A stretch of DNA of 64,000 nt from the human T2T-CHM13v2.0 reference genome, Homo sapiens, in assembly GCF_009914755.1 (NCBI RefSeq), contig NC_060947.1, one strand, 5' to 3'. Positions 43,781 through 61,915 of the stretch are shown one piece after another. The notes beneath the pieces are model-generated. The model was given only the letters and a program-made list of their open reading frames with translations. It was not told the DNA's origin and made no database searches. Made by a program: the position numbers and the translations under genes. Each line of letters starts with the position of its first letter. The first letter of the stretch is position 1.

Positions 43781-45294
43781 TCTATGGTAACTGTTTGATT
43801 AGCTAGGGCTTTCTTAGCTAGAGTAATCTCCTTTTTGCACTCTGTGCCCATGCCCTGAGTAAGACAGACAACTGCACAACAATTTATCCCAGAGTACATC
43901 TGAGTCAACTGTTGATGTTACATGTTGGATTGGCTCCAGCAAATGAAGAGCTGACATTCAATGAGTGTTCCCTTTGTGCCAGGCACATTATATACATGGC
44001 CATATGTTCCTCCCAGCAATCTGGGAGAGGAGAGAGATTCTAAATTTGAAAACTAAACTCATTATACAAGGTCATGCATTTAATTAAGAGTTTGAACCTT
44101 TAACAACAAGCCCAAGACAAGGAGTTGCCTCAGATCCTTAATAGGTTGCCTTAATATAAAATTAATAATGCCCTATGTTTCTCAAAACCCCTTGTTTGAG
44201 AAACTCAAGCCTAACACATTGTTCATCTTTCCTGCTCTTGCAGAATGGAATTGATGTGCCATACAAGCCTAATCATTAACAAGACATACCAGTACCCTTT
44301 CCTTGTAATCCCACCCTCCTCCACCCCACTAAGGATCCACAAAATACCTTTTAAGGTGAAGTTCCAATCACTTTCACATTATTGTAACCATGGCTTATGG
44401 CTTATCTTTGTTGTCATGGATAATTGAGGCAACTGTGTGGGAATGGCAACTTATGAATGATCTAACAATAGGCCTATTAATATAGCAGTAAATGTCACAG
44501 TTATAATAAAAGGTACCATACTTACACAGAGTATTGCCAGACCTAGCACAATTCCTGGCATAAGGTTTGTGCTTAATAAATGCTTGCTGGATGAACCAAT
44601 GAAGTAATCAAATGAGTCGGAATAAGATGCAACATATTCAAGAGATTTATAGAATGGAAGATCTATAGTGTTTTTATTTGAGATCGATATGTTCTGTAGT
44701 GGTAACCGAAAGAGTAATAGCTGACTTTCACTTTATTATTAAAGCACAAACAGGGCATATCAATATTTATTTTCTCATCCTTATTTTGGTATCTAATAGT
44801 GCCACCAAATATTATATTATATGGATAACTATAATTCCGATACTTACATCAACATTTTTAATCTTGTTGGTAGACATTATATTTTTCTTTAAAAGAGAGA
44901 TAAACAGCTTAACATGGGAAATATTTGACATTATTAGATTTCTTAAAAAGAATTTTTGTGCTTTTATCAGCATCTGACCAATATCTACAGGACTGACTTC
45001 TCCTTTAGGCACAGAGTTGAGGGACCACAAAATTACTTCAATTTCTCTTAAAAATAACAAGGGAAAATATTAATATAATTCAGTATGGATTATATTATCT
45101 TTATACTAACAGAGTCACAAAATATAATTTTTTAATGTATTATTTTATATATATAATTATTATTTTTTTAGTGGAGGAAAGGCTTCACGAAGGAAAATGC
45201 ATCTATAGCTTATTAATGTCATGCAGTGGCCCTGGATGTCACCTCTCTACATTCCACTGCCCTACTCTTTTCAAATAGCTTTTTTATTAATTAG

Positions 45295-45605
<311 letters not shown>

Positions 45606-45919
45606 TATTAATTAGCTTCCGATTTCAATTTTTTAAGAAAACTTTGTTTCATCATCTAAGTGACTATCTGGGTCCTTCAGTGGAGGGAGACTGGTAACTG
45701 ATGACATTTTACAACCAATTGATGACAAGGGACTGACTCAAGGTGTGGGGGAGGGGTGAGGGAATTGGTGACGTGGGAACATAGCAGTTTGCACGTCAAA
45801 AATGAGGGGTTAAAGATGCCTCCAAGACTCTCAGCTCAGGGACATGGGCAGATGAAGGTGCAGTTAGGCTAGCAATGTCAAGTAAATACCATGAGAGAGG
45901 AGATGGTCAATGGCTCTCA

Positions 45920-46669
<750 letters not shown>

Positions 46670-46715
46670 TCAAAATTATGCTTTCACAGAGAGTATGAAG
46701 TGTAATCATCTAGAC

Positions 46716-46938
46716 CAGGGGTCAACAAACTACAACCCCTGGGCCAAAGCTACATAGCTGCCTATGCTTGTAAATAAAGTTTTATTGAAACACAGCTATG
46801 CCTATTTTTTCTCTCTTTTGTCTATGGCTGCTTTTACACTACAGTAGCAGAGTTGAGTAGTTGTAACAGAAACTGCCTGCCCAGCAAAGTAAAAAATATT
46901 TACTATCAGGCCCTTTCGAGAAAGTTTGTCAACCACTG
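46716..46938 (+). mobile_element. MER58A-like hAT element
   Basis: caggggtcaacaaactac...aaagtttgtcaaccactg terminal inverted repeats. Confidence 0.8.
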
Positions 46939-48942
46939 TTCTAGGTCAACTCCCTTGATATAAAGATGGAGAAACAGACATTCCATTACATTTCTATGTT
47001 CATTTGCTTTCTTGTTCTGACAAAGCAGAAGTGTCTACCGGAATTATTAATTACCTAGTGTATGCGTCATCACCCACTGAATTTTAAGAGCTATGTATAC
47101 AACTTTCATGCAAAGTGTCACCACTTTCTATTCTCATCAAGGTGAATTTTCCTCCCCATTCTAGCTGCAAAGCAAAACTAAAGCTAAATGCACTTCCATC
47201 CTTTATACAGGCCTCATTTCAGCAATGTTTGTTGGGCACATTAATGAGCAGAAATGACTTAGCTTTATAACTGCTTCTGAAAATCTTGAGATTTAAGTGA
47301 GAAGGAAATACTTTTGTTTCTGCCTCCATCCTATTTTAGTGTAAATCAAAGTTAACAGCTCATGGTCTGGTTGGCAGTTCACAAGAAAGGGCGAGGTTGC
47401 CAGAAAATCAAAATCACACAATTTCCTGTTTTTGAAGATGTATTTCAACAAGATCACTGAGAGCTTCAAAGACAAAAATGGCTGTCTGCCAGGGCCAGAC
47501 CAGCTCCAAGCGCCTTTGTTTGCTTTATTGTTTGATGCTGAGGGGTCAAAGCACTCTTTCTATTGTGTTGTCTCTGCTCCCCACCCCTGTTATTTTTTTT
47601 GTTGTTGTTATTCTATTAAGATTCCTGCTGAAAATTAAATTAAGCTTCCTAAGTTCTTCTTTGTTGATCCTAGCAACTAATTATAGAGAAACCAGAAAAG
47701 ATTTGCAATACTTGGGCATTTTTTAAGATTGTAATTGGCTACCCACAAAGTTGGTGGAACAATAGTTTTTGGGGAAAAAAAGAGATTCGTACTGATTTTT
47801 CAATGAATATTTAAAAATATCTTGGCATCAAAATTCCTCCCATTAACCTCATTTGAACATAAAAAGGTCCCTTTTACTGGTGCTATAATTGACTTTCCCC
47901 ACCCTATTCTTCCCTGTTCATCCTGACACATCCCCCACACTCCGTTTTAAATTGTGGCATAGGACCCATGTGGCCCCTGTAATCTTCCTTCAAGGCCAAA
48001 GCCGACTCCCAGAATACTCAGCATGTCAGTGCCACCTGCTCACAACTTTGGCACTGGCATGGTTGAAAATTCTTCCAAGTAATGTCCAAGAGGGATAGCT
48101 TTTTTCTGGGATGAGCTTGCAAAGCCAACTCAGAGGGTCACAGTAGATTGTGATTACATCTTTCAGAGCAGAATGTCGGGGGTGGGGCGGGGGCGGGTGC
48201 ATCTATGGAACGGTTAGAAAACTCGCTGACTAGAGGGGCTCCCAAGATCACTTTGTGTGAATTCGACTGCTATAGAAACTATGAAATTGGTTCACTGATC
48301 TGAACTTTGGGTCAAGACCCATGCAGCCATTCTAGACATGAATGGTTTTGGCCTTCAGTCACAACAATTGAAAATTAGACCCTTGAAGAAGGCAGGAGTC
48401 TCTGAAGGGGCTCCTCAGAATGTGAGGGCTTTAGGCCTGGAGTACCTTAAAGGTTTTCTTTAAAAAACATTTGGATATGGTGACCACATTGTCTGATTTT
48501 TAAATTCAAGAGGCATCCATAGAGAATTTGAAGTGCTACTTGCCTTCGAGCCAAGATGCGTTATTTACGGTAATGGCATTTCTATAATCTGTCACTCCTG
48601 AATCTCCTGTAAGAGAAGCATTTTCTTAGGCCTGATCATTCCTGTCTAGGTTGACTATCAAGAGCTGTACACCTCTGAGAACAGATCTGGGGTGTGAGGT
48701 CACACAGGTGGCCTCAAGGGGAAGACAGAGCTCTCTAGTTGTTGTAACTTAAGGTAAAAGGTGTGTAACCCCAGTACTACAATGAGAGGGCCAGCTCACT
48801 CTGAAACCTGGTGATATCACCTGAAAGTCCTTGAGCTGAAATGGAGCACCTGCAGTCATTATGGTGATCACACCCCTCATGTCTTGCTAAATATCCCTCA
48901 ACAGTTTAGTGATATAGGTAGTCATTAACAGGTCCCTAATGA

Positions 48943-49326
<384 letters not shown>

Positions 49327-52300
49327 TAAAGATGCTTTATTCATAGAAGTTTGCTGTCCTCTTTACGGTTTAAAATAATTGATTACTAGTTAGACACTAT
49401 CAGTGTTTAATATTGAACCATCTCTGAATCACCAGTTTATTCTGTTCAGATTTCAAGTGGGTCAGGATTCACATACACATTTGAAGTTTGAATCCATATT
49501 GGTTCCTCAACACAAAAGGAACTGAGACACAGAGATAATCTTTGGCCATTAGTATTCACCATGGAAATTACCAAGATAATCTTAAAACGTCATAAAAATC
49601 AAGAAGTTATAGTTTAGTCCCATAAAATCAGAATCATAACGTATTTCAAATCAATATCACTCTAAATCAGTATAATCCGTTCATCACACCATGAGTAACA
49701 ATTACCCGTTTGAAAGAGCTTCCTGAGTAGCCTGAAGGCTCAAATCAATGTTTTCTACTTAGTACAATCACAACATTTAAAAATTTTTTTATAATTCTAA
49801 AAATTATATGAGCTTAGGATAAAGAAATGACAGTTTACCCCTTCTCAGTTTCATTCTTCAGAAGGATGTTAACATTACCTTATGTTAACATGAACAATAT
49901 GTTCAGAATATTGTTTACTATATTGTACTTACAAAAATATAACTGAAATCGGTTGATTTGCTCCTTAGCAACCCTGTGAGTGGAAGCATATTAACTAATA
50001 TTTCTGTTTTCAAAAAATAGGATAATAATATACATCTGCACTTGCCTTTTGTCCTAACCTAATGATGTACTTTGGATATCCCTGTCTATTATTAGACATA
50101 CATCTTCCTCATTTCGTGGTTACACAGTATTCCATTGTATGGAGATATTATATTTTAACCAGTTCCTTCTTGATGGCTATATATGTTGATTCTAGCTTTT
50201 TTCCCCCTTGGCTGATATAAACATTGTATTTTTATATCATTGTGCAGTTGTGAAAATGCCTAGAAATAAAATAACTGAATCAACTAGATCCAGTTATTTA
50301 AAAATCTTGTGATCTGTTTCTCAATTATTGCCCTCTCCAAAATTGTCCCAGTATATATTTTCACTCACAGGGCATGAAAGCCAATCCTAGTGTTTATGAA
50401 GTAAGGCACTTCTGTTAAAAGAGGTGTTACTGTTATAGTCTAGAATAGAGACTTTACGTGCATGCACTCCCTCTCTCTCTTTCTCTCTCCCTTTTTCTTT
50501 TATAGACTCTCTGAGCAGATTAGCAGACATTTTGTATTTATAGCACTCAGTGGCAAACTGCATGTGATGATTACTACCAGATTTCATCCTCATCCTTGAT
50601 TGTGTGACATTGTTCATATACACACTGAACTTTGATTTGTGAAGATGGGCTTGATGATTTCAGGAAAATAGAGAAGACAAGATAAATTCTTAAGATCGCT
50701 ATTTAGAAAACTTGTGTATTTGCTGATTTGGCATGTAGATATAGAATAATAAACCTTGTTACTGGTATTACAGATACCATGCAAGCCTTTGCCCTATATT
50801 ATTTTTCTTCAGAACTCAAGCCATTCTACATGTCCATCAGATGATCTTTCTGCAATGACACAGGCTGTCAGAATCATTTATAGAACAGAGTCCAACTCTG
50901 GATAACCCAATCAAAAAAAGGAGTTGATTGGAAGGACATAGGCAGTTCATATAATCATTAGAAAAGTGAAAGGTCAGACACAGAAAACAAACAGGAACCA
51001 GGGGCAGGCCTGATGACCAAGAACAAAACAATTCACACTGTGCTCTGGTTAAGGCCACACTGCCAGCACCACCACTCCTGGGCCTCCCCACACCTCTGGG
51101 CTCCTGACTCCACTACTGCCACCAAGAGTCTCACACCTGTGTCCCTCAACACACAAAGTCCTAGGTGCAACTTTCTCATTGGATGAGCCTAGGTCATGTG
51201 CTCAAACCCCAGCCACAGAAAACTCTGGGAGAGGGAATTGTCTGAGGTCCTTTAGCTTCCCCTTTGGAAAATTTATCAACACCTGCACAATGGCGAATTG
51301 TCTCCAAATAGAGAGTTCAATGCCTCATACCCAAAACAACTCAAAAACAATAAAGAGGAGAAACAAGAACTGATCACCACCCTGAGGTCTCCACTTCTGT
51401 TTCTGGAATGATGTTATAATTTATTTCTGACTTTCTTTATTGGCACCTCCTTAAAAGCAGCAGATCAGCATTTTGTAACCTCATCTAACCTCTCTGCATT
51501 GGCTCCCAGCATTATTGTTTTTAAAGATTCTCAGCAATAACAAGAATACCTCATGATCACCTAGTGCGTGCAGGTTCCTAGATGCTTTTCCACATAGGAC
51601 AGCGTGTGCTCAATAGTCCACTATGTAGTGGGGATAATTCCTCCCTATCTTGTTAACTTTTTGACGTGACTTTTTTTTTTCTAACCCTTCTCTCTCCAGA
51701 CCCTAACCTGGCCATTCCCACTGCTTTCTCAGCAACATTGGAGAGCACTATATTAATCATCGGAATAAAGACTTAACTTTTATTCTTGGATTTCAGGACC
51801 CTCCTTCTCCCATATTGTCCTGTCCATCAAACCACTGCTTACCACCACAAATCATTCATCCAGCCAGCGGGGTCCCTCCTGCTCAATCCTGGGTCTTACC
51901 ACATGCATTACCCATTGGCCTCAATGGAAATAAGATCCTGTATTTTGAATGAAAAAATGCCTTTACTTGTATTATTTTTATTTTTAAAGCCAGCTGTGTG
52001 TTCTTTGGAAAAGTAGGGAAGCCTTCTCGACCTAGATTAGTCATCTGAAAGCTGAATGTGGAGCCGGGTGATTTCTGATTTCTTCCTCCACTGTAACCTT
52101 CTATATATTTAAAAAATTCCATGAACAGAAGTGGGGTTGATAGAGGAGGGGACTCAAAGTAACATTAAAGGGGGGAACTCCTTCTTTCACTGGCTTTATC
52201 TGAAAATGAGAATCATAATTGATATTCTCAAAGTAGCTTGAGGACTCGAGTTCACTGACACCATGTGAGTTAATTGTTGAATGCTCCTTTGAGGTCTTAA

Positions 52301-52469
52301 TACATATGCCCATGGAGATCCTTTTAGCTTTCAAATAAAAACCATAAGCATGAAATGCCTAATTCCTGTCCTGGGCACTTCATGCTTTATTAAAATATAA
52401 TAGTATTTGTTATTTTCATGTATGATAATGGCATTGTAGTTGTATTTTTAGAAAGTGTCTATCTTTTAG

Positions 52470-52686
52470 AGCAGGATTTCTCAATCTCAGCGCTACTGAC
52501 ATTTGGAGACGGTTCTTTGTTGGGGCTGGGGGTGTCTGTGCATTATAGAATATTGAGCAGCATCCCTGGCTTCTACCCACTAGATGCCAATAGCACCCCT
52601 TCCACAGTTGTGACAATCAAACATGTCCCCAGACATTGCCAAATGTCCCCAGGGGAGCAACTTCACCACCAGTTAAGAACCACTGT
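52470..52686 (-). mobile_element. MER20 inserted into an old L1ME 3' end (about 52380-52880)
   Basis: reverse-complement MER20 signature flanked by ttttagag repeat. Confidence 0.8.
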
Positions 52687-55512
52687 TTTAGAGATACATA
52701 CTAACATATTTTCCAATGAAATAATAAGATATCTGGTAGGGAGTGGTTGAGGATATGGGTGCAGATAGGGCAGAATTGGCCAAGGACTGATGGCTGTTGG
52801 ATTGGGTGATAAGTACTGGGGCCTCATATTATCTTGACCACTTTTGTGTGTATTCAAGTATCTAAAATCAAAAGTGCAAAAAACATTGTTTTAACACATC
52901 AGTGGTATTGATTTTAAATCTGTTCTCAAGGTTGAGCCTGCAGAGCATCTTACCCTGGAAAGATTAGGAGCTGAGGATAGGGGAAGTAGAATATTATTCA
53001 TGCTCTTGACTAACTGCTTTTGACTATTCTGGGGACATACTAAGTTTTGAGTGGTTAAACTGAACTCTTAATCAGCCTTACTAGTGTCAAGCCATTCTGC
53101 ACACACCACCATGATTTTTTTCTTCCTGGTCATCTGGATGAGCATTAGCCAAATTGAAGGTTGAGGCTACATTATCTGGGGAAGCCTTCCATCCTCCCCA
53201 TGGCCAACAGCTCCTTGTTTAGGCCATCTGCTTGAGTGCAACCGTATCCCAGCCTTGCTGCTTTCTGGGCTGATGCTTAAAGGCAGGTTTCCCTTATTAC
53301 AGCCTCATGGGCACCAATGTACACAGTGAGAAAGGGCCTAGGGGAAGGCTGAGCCTGGCTGGAACTAGAGGAACACCAGCAGGGATCCAATTAACAATAC
53401 GTAATTACCAGTGGGTCTGACCTTTCTTTAGCCTAGAAACATAACTGGAACTTAGCTTGAGACTGGGCAGAGTAACCCTCAGAACCTTTATTTTGAGGCT
53501 GAGTATTGGGTTGGACCATCCAGAATGGAGCAGGAATATGTAAGGATCACTTTGGAGATGATGTTGGGCTCGTGGTAGCAAAGAGGTTGTGCAAATTGGC
53601 AGTAGAACATCAAAGTGATTCTTTTCTACGTTTAAGAGGAGTAATCAAAGCTGTCTAGAAAAATTGGCAAATCGTAATTCTCTTCGGCATAGAAAAAATG
53701 TAGATGTAATTGATTTAGAGAAGTCCACAGCTACTTTCAATCTTAAAGATAGTAGATGGTGTGACTAAGAGCTGGAACTCCAGCCACACCACCTGGACTT
53801 AGACTCCAACTCCACTCCTTATGAGCATCCCATGCTAACCTTTGTAAGGCAAGTTATGGACACTTGCCTCACCTCAGTTTCCTCCTCTGTAAATCCCGGA
53901 CAACAATCATATGCCTCTCCTAGGGTTATATGAGGATTAAATAAGTTAGTACACTAATGGGTTTAGAATAGGGCCTAGTGCAGAGTAAACAATTGATGTT
54001 GGTGATTGTTAGCTAGAACTAGCCTTCTTTATCTTGCCAGACAGTGTAAACATTATGTAGGCAGGACAATTTGAGGGTCGGGGAGAAGAGGCCGCTTCCA
54101 TAAAATTTAAAACGATCATCAAAGGCCATTTCTTTGGATTAATAAGTTACTTGTTTTTCACATTTTTGGGAGTTGGCACGTAGCATGGGGACATTTATCA
54201 AATGCTGTTTCTCTGATAGAGCAGTTCTTAAAAGACAGGAATTTGAATGGGGTGAAGGTGGGAGGAGCAGGGGACATCTGGATTATGGGGGCTCTGCCTT
54301 TGAAATGGCAGCTGTGTGGGTCCTGGAGGGACTTTAAACCCTCAGAAGACAGTGGCCACTGATGCTGGGAGATGGGTGAGGGATCCCCCAAAAAGACATG
54401 CCATTTGAGAATTGTTTCTGAGCTAAGAATCTCTTGACCTAAAGTAACCATATTAAACTGAATGTGCCCCATATCAAAGGGATCCCATTCTCCGTTCAAA
54501 TTTGTCTTTTGTACTATTAATGCGTTAAAGACTCCCAAACCCTCTGCCCTTGTTGGGTACTTTGTTTTCAACTCTGTCTCCCAGATGACACACAGACCCT
54601 CTCTGGTGTCATTTCAATTCTGGAAGTGAATCTGATAGCTCTCTTTGTTGCCAGAATTTTCTCGCTAAATGAGGTTACAATACTTCATATTTACAGGCTT
54701 CTTAATTTCATCTTTGATGTTTTTCTTTTTAGCAAGCAAATTATTCTGGCTTTCTTACAAATACTCCTCAGAATCAGAGCAAGGGCTTCTTACCCCCTTG
54801 CAAGGGTGGCCCAATCACTGTCTGCTTTTGATTTGTGTACTCTGTGCCCTCTGTGAACAGTACTGCCACTTGAAACCCGATTCCCAGAGCAGTCCTTGGA
54901 CCTCTTGTATTAGCATTCTCCAGACTGTGAATTAAAATGGCAGTTTTCTGTTTCAACCCTAGACCTTCTGAATCTGAATTTCTAAAAGTGGGGCCCAGGA
55001 AACTGAATTTTTATTAACTATCCCGAGGGATCTGATGTACACTGAAGTGTGGAACTGTGACCTCATATCCTAAACCCACGTTCTCCATTGCAAATCCTTC
55101 AGCATCCTTACCTTCTGTCTTACCCACCCAGAAGACTCCCTTCCCAAATATGCATCCTGCATGGTGTCATTGCATTTGCTTTCCTAGGGAGGGATGAAGA
55201 TAAAATCTTGACATGTGCTTTGTGGTGAGGGGAGAAAGCAGTTTTTATCTGAGGCTGAAAGGTTATATCTTGAGCCTCAGACAGAAAACTTAGGATGAGT
55301 CACCCAAGGAAAGGGTCAAGAGGTCAGCTAGCCTGATCTTATAGAGGGAGACAGTCTTGTGAGTCTGACTAAGTTAAACCATGATCTTGGGTCAATAAAT
55401 ATTTGCAGAATGAAACAGACAATTTACTGATATTGAAATGGCCAGGCCACTTGGATGATCTCCCTGAGTACAGTGTCTAACTTTGAGATTTTATACATTA
55501 TAGTAAAATAGT

Positions 55513-55665
55513 GGCCAGGCATAGTGGCTCACACCTGTAATTTCAGCACTTTGGGAGGTTGAAGTGGGAGGATTGCTTGAGCCCAGGAGTTGGAGACCAG
55601 CCTGAGCAACAAAGCAAGATCCAGTCTGTAAATTTATATGTGTGTGTGTATGTGTGTGTGTGTAT
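55513..55665 (+). mobile_element. FLAM with (TG)n-converted tail
   Basis: single Alu left arm then TG repeat. Confidence 0.8.
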
Positions 55666-56666
55666 AAAATAGCTTGGGCACTCTCCAAGCTGACTGGGAC
55701 TCGGCCTTGACTCTGACCTTGATTGCTCTTATTCTATGAATAATTCCAAAAAGATTGATTATCTGATTACTCAGGCCACTGCAAACAGGAAGCGCCTGAT
55801 TAGAAGCAATTTGCAAGAGCAAGAGGAATATGCAAACACAGGCACAGTGAAAGAGGCAAAAATTGACAGAAATTTCTGGAAAATTTGCTTATGTGGAACT
55901 TGTTATTCCTTGATGATGACAAATGGATAGGTGAGAACAAAGATAGCTGTAAAAATCGAGCACTTCCAACTTCAAGACTTGACCTTAAGAATCTTCTAGT
56001 ACTTAAAAAAAGTAGGCCATTGTTGACAAGTATAACACTGACTACTTTGGGATGGAGAAGTAGAGATGATGAGAAGTGAAAAAGGCTTTACACAAGTCAT
56101 GGAATTGAGTCAGTAATGATCTAGGGGGCTGGAACTAAATCCCAAATAGGTCTCTCTGAATTTATAGATTTGGTTTCATAAAAGGAAATGACAGCCTAGA
56201 AACCTCTGTTGAGCTTCTCTTCCATTTGATTGACCTAAATTTCTTTTGGCTGATTACCAAAGCATTACACTAGCAAAATGTTTGCCACTACTATATGGAC
56301 ATTCAAGCTGGAAATACAATACTCAAGTAATTAGAATCAATGTTCCCTATACAAGTATAAGTGATAGCTCAGATGTTTCTCTGCATATAGGGGAGAAATA
56401 AAGTCAAGTTCTGGCAGAGTTCTGTAAACATCAGCTAATTTCAGACAATTCCCACAATACCATTATAAGGTACAGGATGTTGAAGTCCAAACTCTAAAAT
56501 AAAATTGAATAATGTTATGCCTAATTGTGTGACCCTTAAGGTTATGCTAAGAGAATAAACTTAGTGTTTATTTTTATCTGAGGATATTAACTAAATAATT
56601 AAGGCAATAACTTGTGTTTGACAGTACAGTGTGTCTATGTGATTTTGTCTTAAGAGGGAAAATATA

Positions 56667-58946
56667 TGTATTAGTCTGTTTTCATGCTGCTGATAAAGAC
56701 ATACCCGAGACTGGGAAATTTACAAAAGAAAGAGGTTTAATGGACTTACAGTTCCATGTGGCTGGGAGGCCTCACAATCATGGTGGAAGGCAAGGAGGAG
56801 CAAGTCACATCTTACATGGATGGCAGCAGGCAAAGAGAAAGAGAACTTGTGCAGGGGAACTCCTCTTTATAAAACCATCAGATCTCATGAGACTTATTCA
56901 CTATTAAGAGAACAGCATGGGAAAGACCTGATCCCATGATTCAATTACCTCCCGCCAGTTCCCTCCCACAACACATGGGAATTCAAGATGAGATTTGGGT
57001 GGGGACACAGCCAAACCATATCATTCCACCCCGGCCCCTCCCAAATCTCATGTCCTCACATTTCAAAACAGTGATATGTGTCCCAACAGTCCCCCAAAGC
57101 CTTAACTCATTTCAGCATTAACTCGGAAGTCCACAGTCTAAAGTCTCATCTGAGACAAGGCAAGTCCCTCCTGCCTATTAGCCTGTAAAATCAAAAGTAA
57201 GTTAGTTACTTCCTAGAGACAATGGGGACACAGGCATTGAGTAAATACAGCCATTCCAAATGGGAGAAATTGGCCAAAGCAAAGGGGCTACAGGCCTCAT
57301 CCAAGTCTGAAATCCAGCGGGACAGTCAAACCTTAAAGCTCCAAAATGATCTCCTTTGACTCCATGTCTCACATCCAGGTCATGCTGATGCAAGAGGTAG
57401 GTTCCCATGGTCTTGGGCAGCTCCACCCCTGTGGCTTTGCAGGGTACAGCCCCTCCCTCCCAGCTGCTTTCATGGGCTGGCATTGAGTGTCTGTGGCTTT
57501 TCCAGGCACACAGTGTAGGCTGTTGGTGGATCTACCATTCTGGGGTCTGGAGGATGGTGGCCCTCTTCTCACAGCTCCACAAGGCAGTGCCCCAGGAGGG
57601 ACTCTGTGTGGGGGCTCTGACTCCACGTTTCCCTTACAAACTGCCCTAGCCGAGGTTCTCCATGAGGGCCCAGCCCCTGCAGCAAACTTCTGCCTTGCCA
57701 GCCAGGCATTTTCATACATGCTCTAAAATTTAGGTGGAGGTTCCCAAACCCCAATTCTTGACTTCTGTGCACTGGCAGGCTCAGTACCACATGGAAGCTG
57801 CCAAGGCTTGGAGCTTGCACCCTCTGAAGCCATGGCCCAAGCTCTATGTTGGCCCCTTTCAGCCATGGCTGGAGCAGCTCAGATGCAGGGCACCAAGTCC
57901 CTAGGCTGCACACAGCATGGGAACCCTGGGCACAGCCCACAAAACCATTTTTTCCTCCTAGGCCTCTGGGCTTGTGATGGTAGAGGCTGCCATGAAGACC
58001 TCTGACATGCTCTGGAGACATTTTCCCCATTTTCTTGGGGATTAACATTTGGCTCCTCATTGCTTATGCAAATTTCTGCAGCCAGCTTAAATTTCTCCTC
58101 AGAAAATGGTATTTTCTTTTCTATCCAATTGTCAGGCTGCAAATTTTCTGAATTTTTATGCTCTGCTTCCTTTAAAAAACTGAATGCCTTTTATAGCACC
58201 CAAGTCACCTCTTGAATGCTTTACTGCTTAGAAATTTCTTCCACCAGATACCCTAAATCATCTCTCTCTCAAGTTCAAAGTTCCACAAATCTCTAGGGCA
58301 GTGGCAAAATGCCACCAGTCTCTTTGCTAAAACATAACAAGAGTCACCTTTTCTCCAGTTCCCAACAAGTTCCTCATCTCCATCTGAGACCACCTCAGCC
58401 TGGATTTCATTTTCCGTAATATTATCACCATTTTTGTCAAAGCCATTCAACAAGTCTCTAGGGAGTTCCAAACTTTCCCACATTTTCTTGTATTCTTCTG
58501 AGCCCTCCAAACTGTTCCAACCTCTGCCTGTAACCCAGTTCCAAAATCCCTTCCACATTTTCAGGTATCTTTTCAGCAGCACCCCACTCTACTGGTACCA
58601 ATTTACTGTATCAGTCTGTTTTCACGATGCTGATAAAGACATACCTGAGACTGGGAAATTTGCAAAAGAAAGAGATTTAATGGACTTACAGTTCCACATG
58701 GCTGGGGAGGCCTCACAATCATGGTGGAAGGTAAGGAGGAGCAAGTCACGTCTTACATGGATGGCAGCAGGCAAAGAGAGAGATAACTTTTGCAGGGGAA
58801 TTCCTCTTTATAAAACCATCAGCTCTTGTGAGATTTATTCACTATCATGAGAACAGCTCAGGAAAGACTTGCCCCCATGATTCAATGAGCTCCCACTGGA
58901 TCTGTCCCACAACATGTAGAAATTCAAGATGAGATTCACCATATCA
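56667..58946 (-). mobile_element. Full-length THE1 (THE1B-like) MaLR element: 3' LTR 56667-57023, internal 57024-58606, 5' LTR 58607-58946
   Basis: two homologous LTRs with TG...CA termini, about 1.58 kb THE1-int, 5-bp TSD ATATA at 56662-56666 and 58947-58951. Confidence 0.93.
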
Positions 58947-59045
58947 ATATACAAAGGAGAAAATGTGGGAATAAGGGCTAGGGAAATTGTTAGCAACAAC
59001 CATCTGGGTGACCTTCAATTTTATTTTTATTTGTATTTGTTTTCC

Positions 59046-59641
<596 letters not shown>

Positions 59642-60565
59642 CCAAGCTTAAATTTTAAATCCCAAATGGGAATTTGCAACATTCATCTCATGTTGAAAAA
59701 CATCTTTCTTATGAACTCTGAAGAGGCCTGAAGCCCTCTCTGCTCTTGAATTCTTCTATTTCTTGAGCCAGGGGCAAATCACTAACCTTCTTGGGTCTTA
59801 GTTTCTCCATTTATGAAGTGGGAACATTATTGCTCACCATGGCACAACTACCCCAAGGTTAATGGTGACCACAATGACACTCAAATTCCAAACAGGATTT
59901 CTGAGAGGACCTCTAATATTTGAATGGAGTACTAGGATGTTAGATCTGGGAGAAATTTGTCTAGTTATATGGCATTATACTCATCTGGTAGGGGACAGAA
60001 TGGAGTCAGAGAGGTTGAGTGGCTTCAGCATCTCTTTTTATGCATTTTTGTGGTACACAACCACAGTGTGTCTCCTCAGCTCTGGGAGCTCCTTCAAGGA
60101 GGCATATCTTAATCATCTTGATGTCACTCAATCCTAGCAGAGTGCCAGGAACACAGCAGATGTTTGCTATTTGTTAAATAAGTTGCTAAAGGCAGTCAGA
60201 AAAGGAGTCTCTCTGGTAACTGGACTCCTAGCCAGCCCTCTTTTCATTAAGTCTCAGCTCTGTAAACATTCTTGACAAATATGTTAGTTCAGAACATTCT
60301 GGACTCACTGAGGGATTTTTCTCAGCAGCATCTCACTGGAGATGTTTCAATTCCTTTGCCAAGGGTCCTGGTTGTGTGGTCCCACAGGTCTTGGCCAAGT
60401 CTGCACAGACGTGGTCTATTTATCTGGGTCTCTTTCTCCCTGCTGTGGGTCCCTTGAGGATTGTGAAAGTGAATTAGTCATCTTTACATCACTGGAGACA
60501 AGCACAGTGCCTGGTGCACGATCATGGTTCTATGAGTGTTTGTTGAACAAATTAATGTTAATTAA

Positions 60566-61062
<497 letters not shown>

Positions 61063-61121
61063 TAGTAATTAGAGGAGCTGGGATTTGAACCGAGGGAATT
61101 TGGCTTCAGAGTCGACCATAC

Positions 61122-61915
<794 letters not shown>

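Noticed and set aside
44678-45060. Hydrophobic ORFs on both strands
   Set aside because: Ile/Phe/Leu richness follows from very AT-rich sequence; no domain recognised.
56614-58850. Cluster of 60-163 aa ORFs on both strands
   Set aside because: All lie inside the THE1 LTRs or internal region; they are fragmented and typical of MaLR sequence, not a host gene.
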